From a virus, in the IMG/VR virus record IMGVR_UViG_3300045119_000370, positions 32,001 through 96,000 of that record: 64,000 bases of DNA; one strand, 5' to 3'. This document shows, piece after piece, positions 63,685 through 64,000 of the stretch. Position numbers and translations under genes: made by a program. Numbering within the stretch: position 1 is the stretch's first letter; every line of letters begins with the position of its first letter. The notes beneath the pieces were generated by a model. It searched no databases, had not been told where the DNA came from, and saw nothing but the letters and a program-made list of their open reading frames with translations.

Positions 63685-64000
63685 AGATCGACGAGACACT
63701 GGCGTTCTTCCGCTCAGTCATCAAGTCCGGCGAGACATGGACAGACACGTGCGAGATCGCTTTCCGCGAGGCCCTCTCCGATGTGGAAGGATTGCGCCAG
63801 CTGCTCAAGCAGTGTCAGAACGACCGTGCACAGGACCAGCAGCGCCTGTTCAATTATGAAGGGCTGCTCAAGCCCAAGCCGATGCACACTGCCCCGCGCG
63901 ACGGCACCATCATCGTCATCATCACCACGACCGGCGTGATCAGTGGCAGCTACAACAAGGGTCACGGCTGGGTCGAAAACCAAGAGGGCAAGGAGTATTG
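63681..64000 (+). CDS. Hypothetical protein (3' partial) with TAPRDGT motif
   Basis: Open to the window end. Confidence 0.55.
   Translation, partial: MKIDETLAFFRSVIKSGETWTDTCEIAFREALSDVEGLRQLLKQCQNDRAQDQQRLFNYEGLLKPKPMHTAPRDGTIIVIITTTGVISGSYNKGHGWVENQEGKEY

Overview
The whole window is an internal segment of a GC-rich tailed dsDNA phage genome with a lambda/GTA-like siphovirus tail. The host is probably an alphaproteobacterium, judging by a VPLPA-CTERM protein, a DUF3309 gene and the tail gene types. Layout: 1-16.3 kb is the head-completion/tail module. 16.2-33 kb is an accessory/early region radiating from a mirror-image pair of sigma70-type promoters at about 23.4 kb; it carries an ART-like protein, a Ycf46-type AAA ATPase trio, an HD alarmone-hydrolase-like protein, a MazG-like protein and many small ORFs. 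33-37.6 kb holds SNF2 and DnaB helicases on the minus strand. A ~520 bp noncoding region with extensive predicted structure follows. 38-64 kb is the replication/recombination module: dCTP deaminase, primase, clamp, UDG-PolA, clamp loader, UvsY-like, SSB, RecA, resolvase, SbcD/SbcC and a DNA MTase. No terminase, capsid, lysis genes, integrase, tRNA or CRISPR were recognised. Most notable observations: (1) a tape-measure protein with about 950 aa of cargo between three copies of its C-terminal motif; (2) a phage-borne exosortase substrate; (3) a candidate ~320 nt structured RNA or origin; (4) three tandem genes sharing an unrecognised ~50-aa domain; (5) a recurrent terminal [VI]xR[LI][RK] peptide motif; (6) paired steric-gate substitutions in the polymerase. 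All family assignments come from motif recognition by eye, not from database searches.
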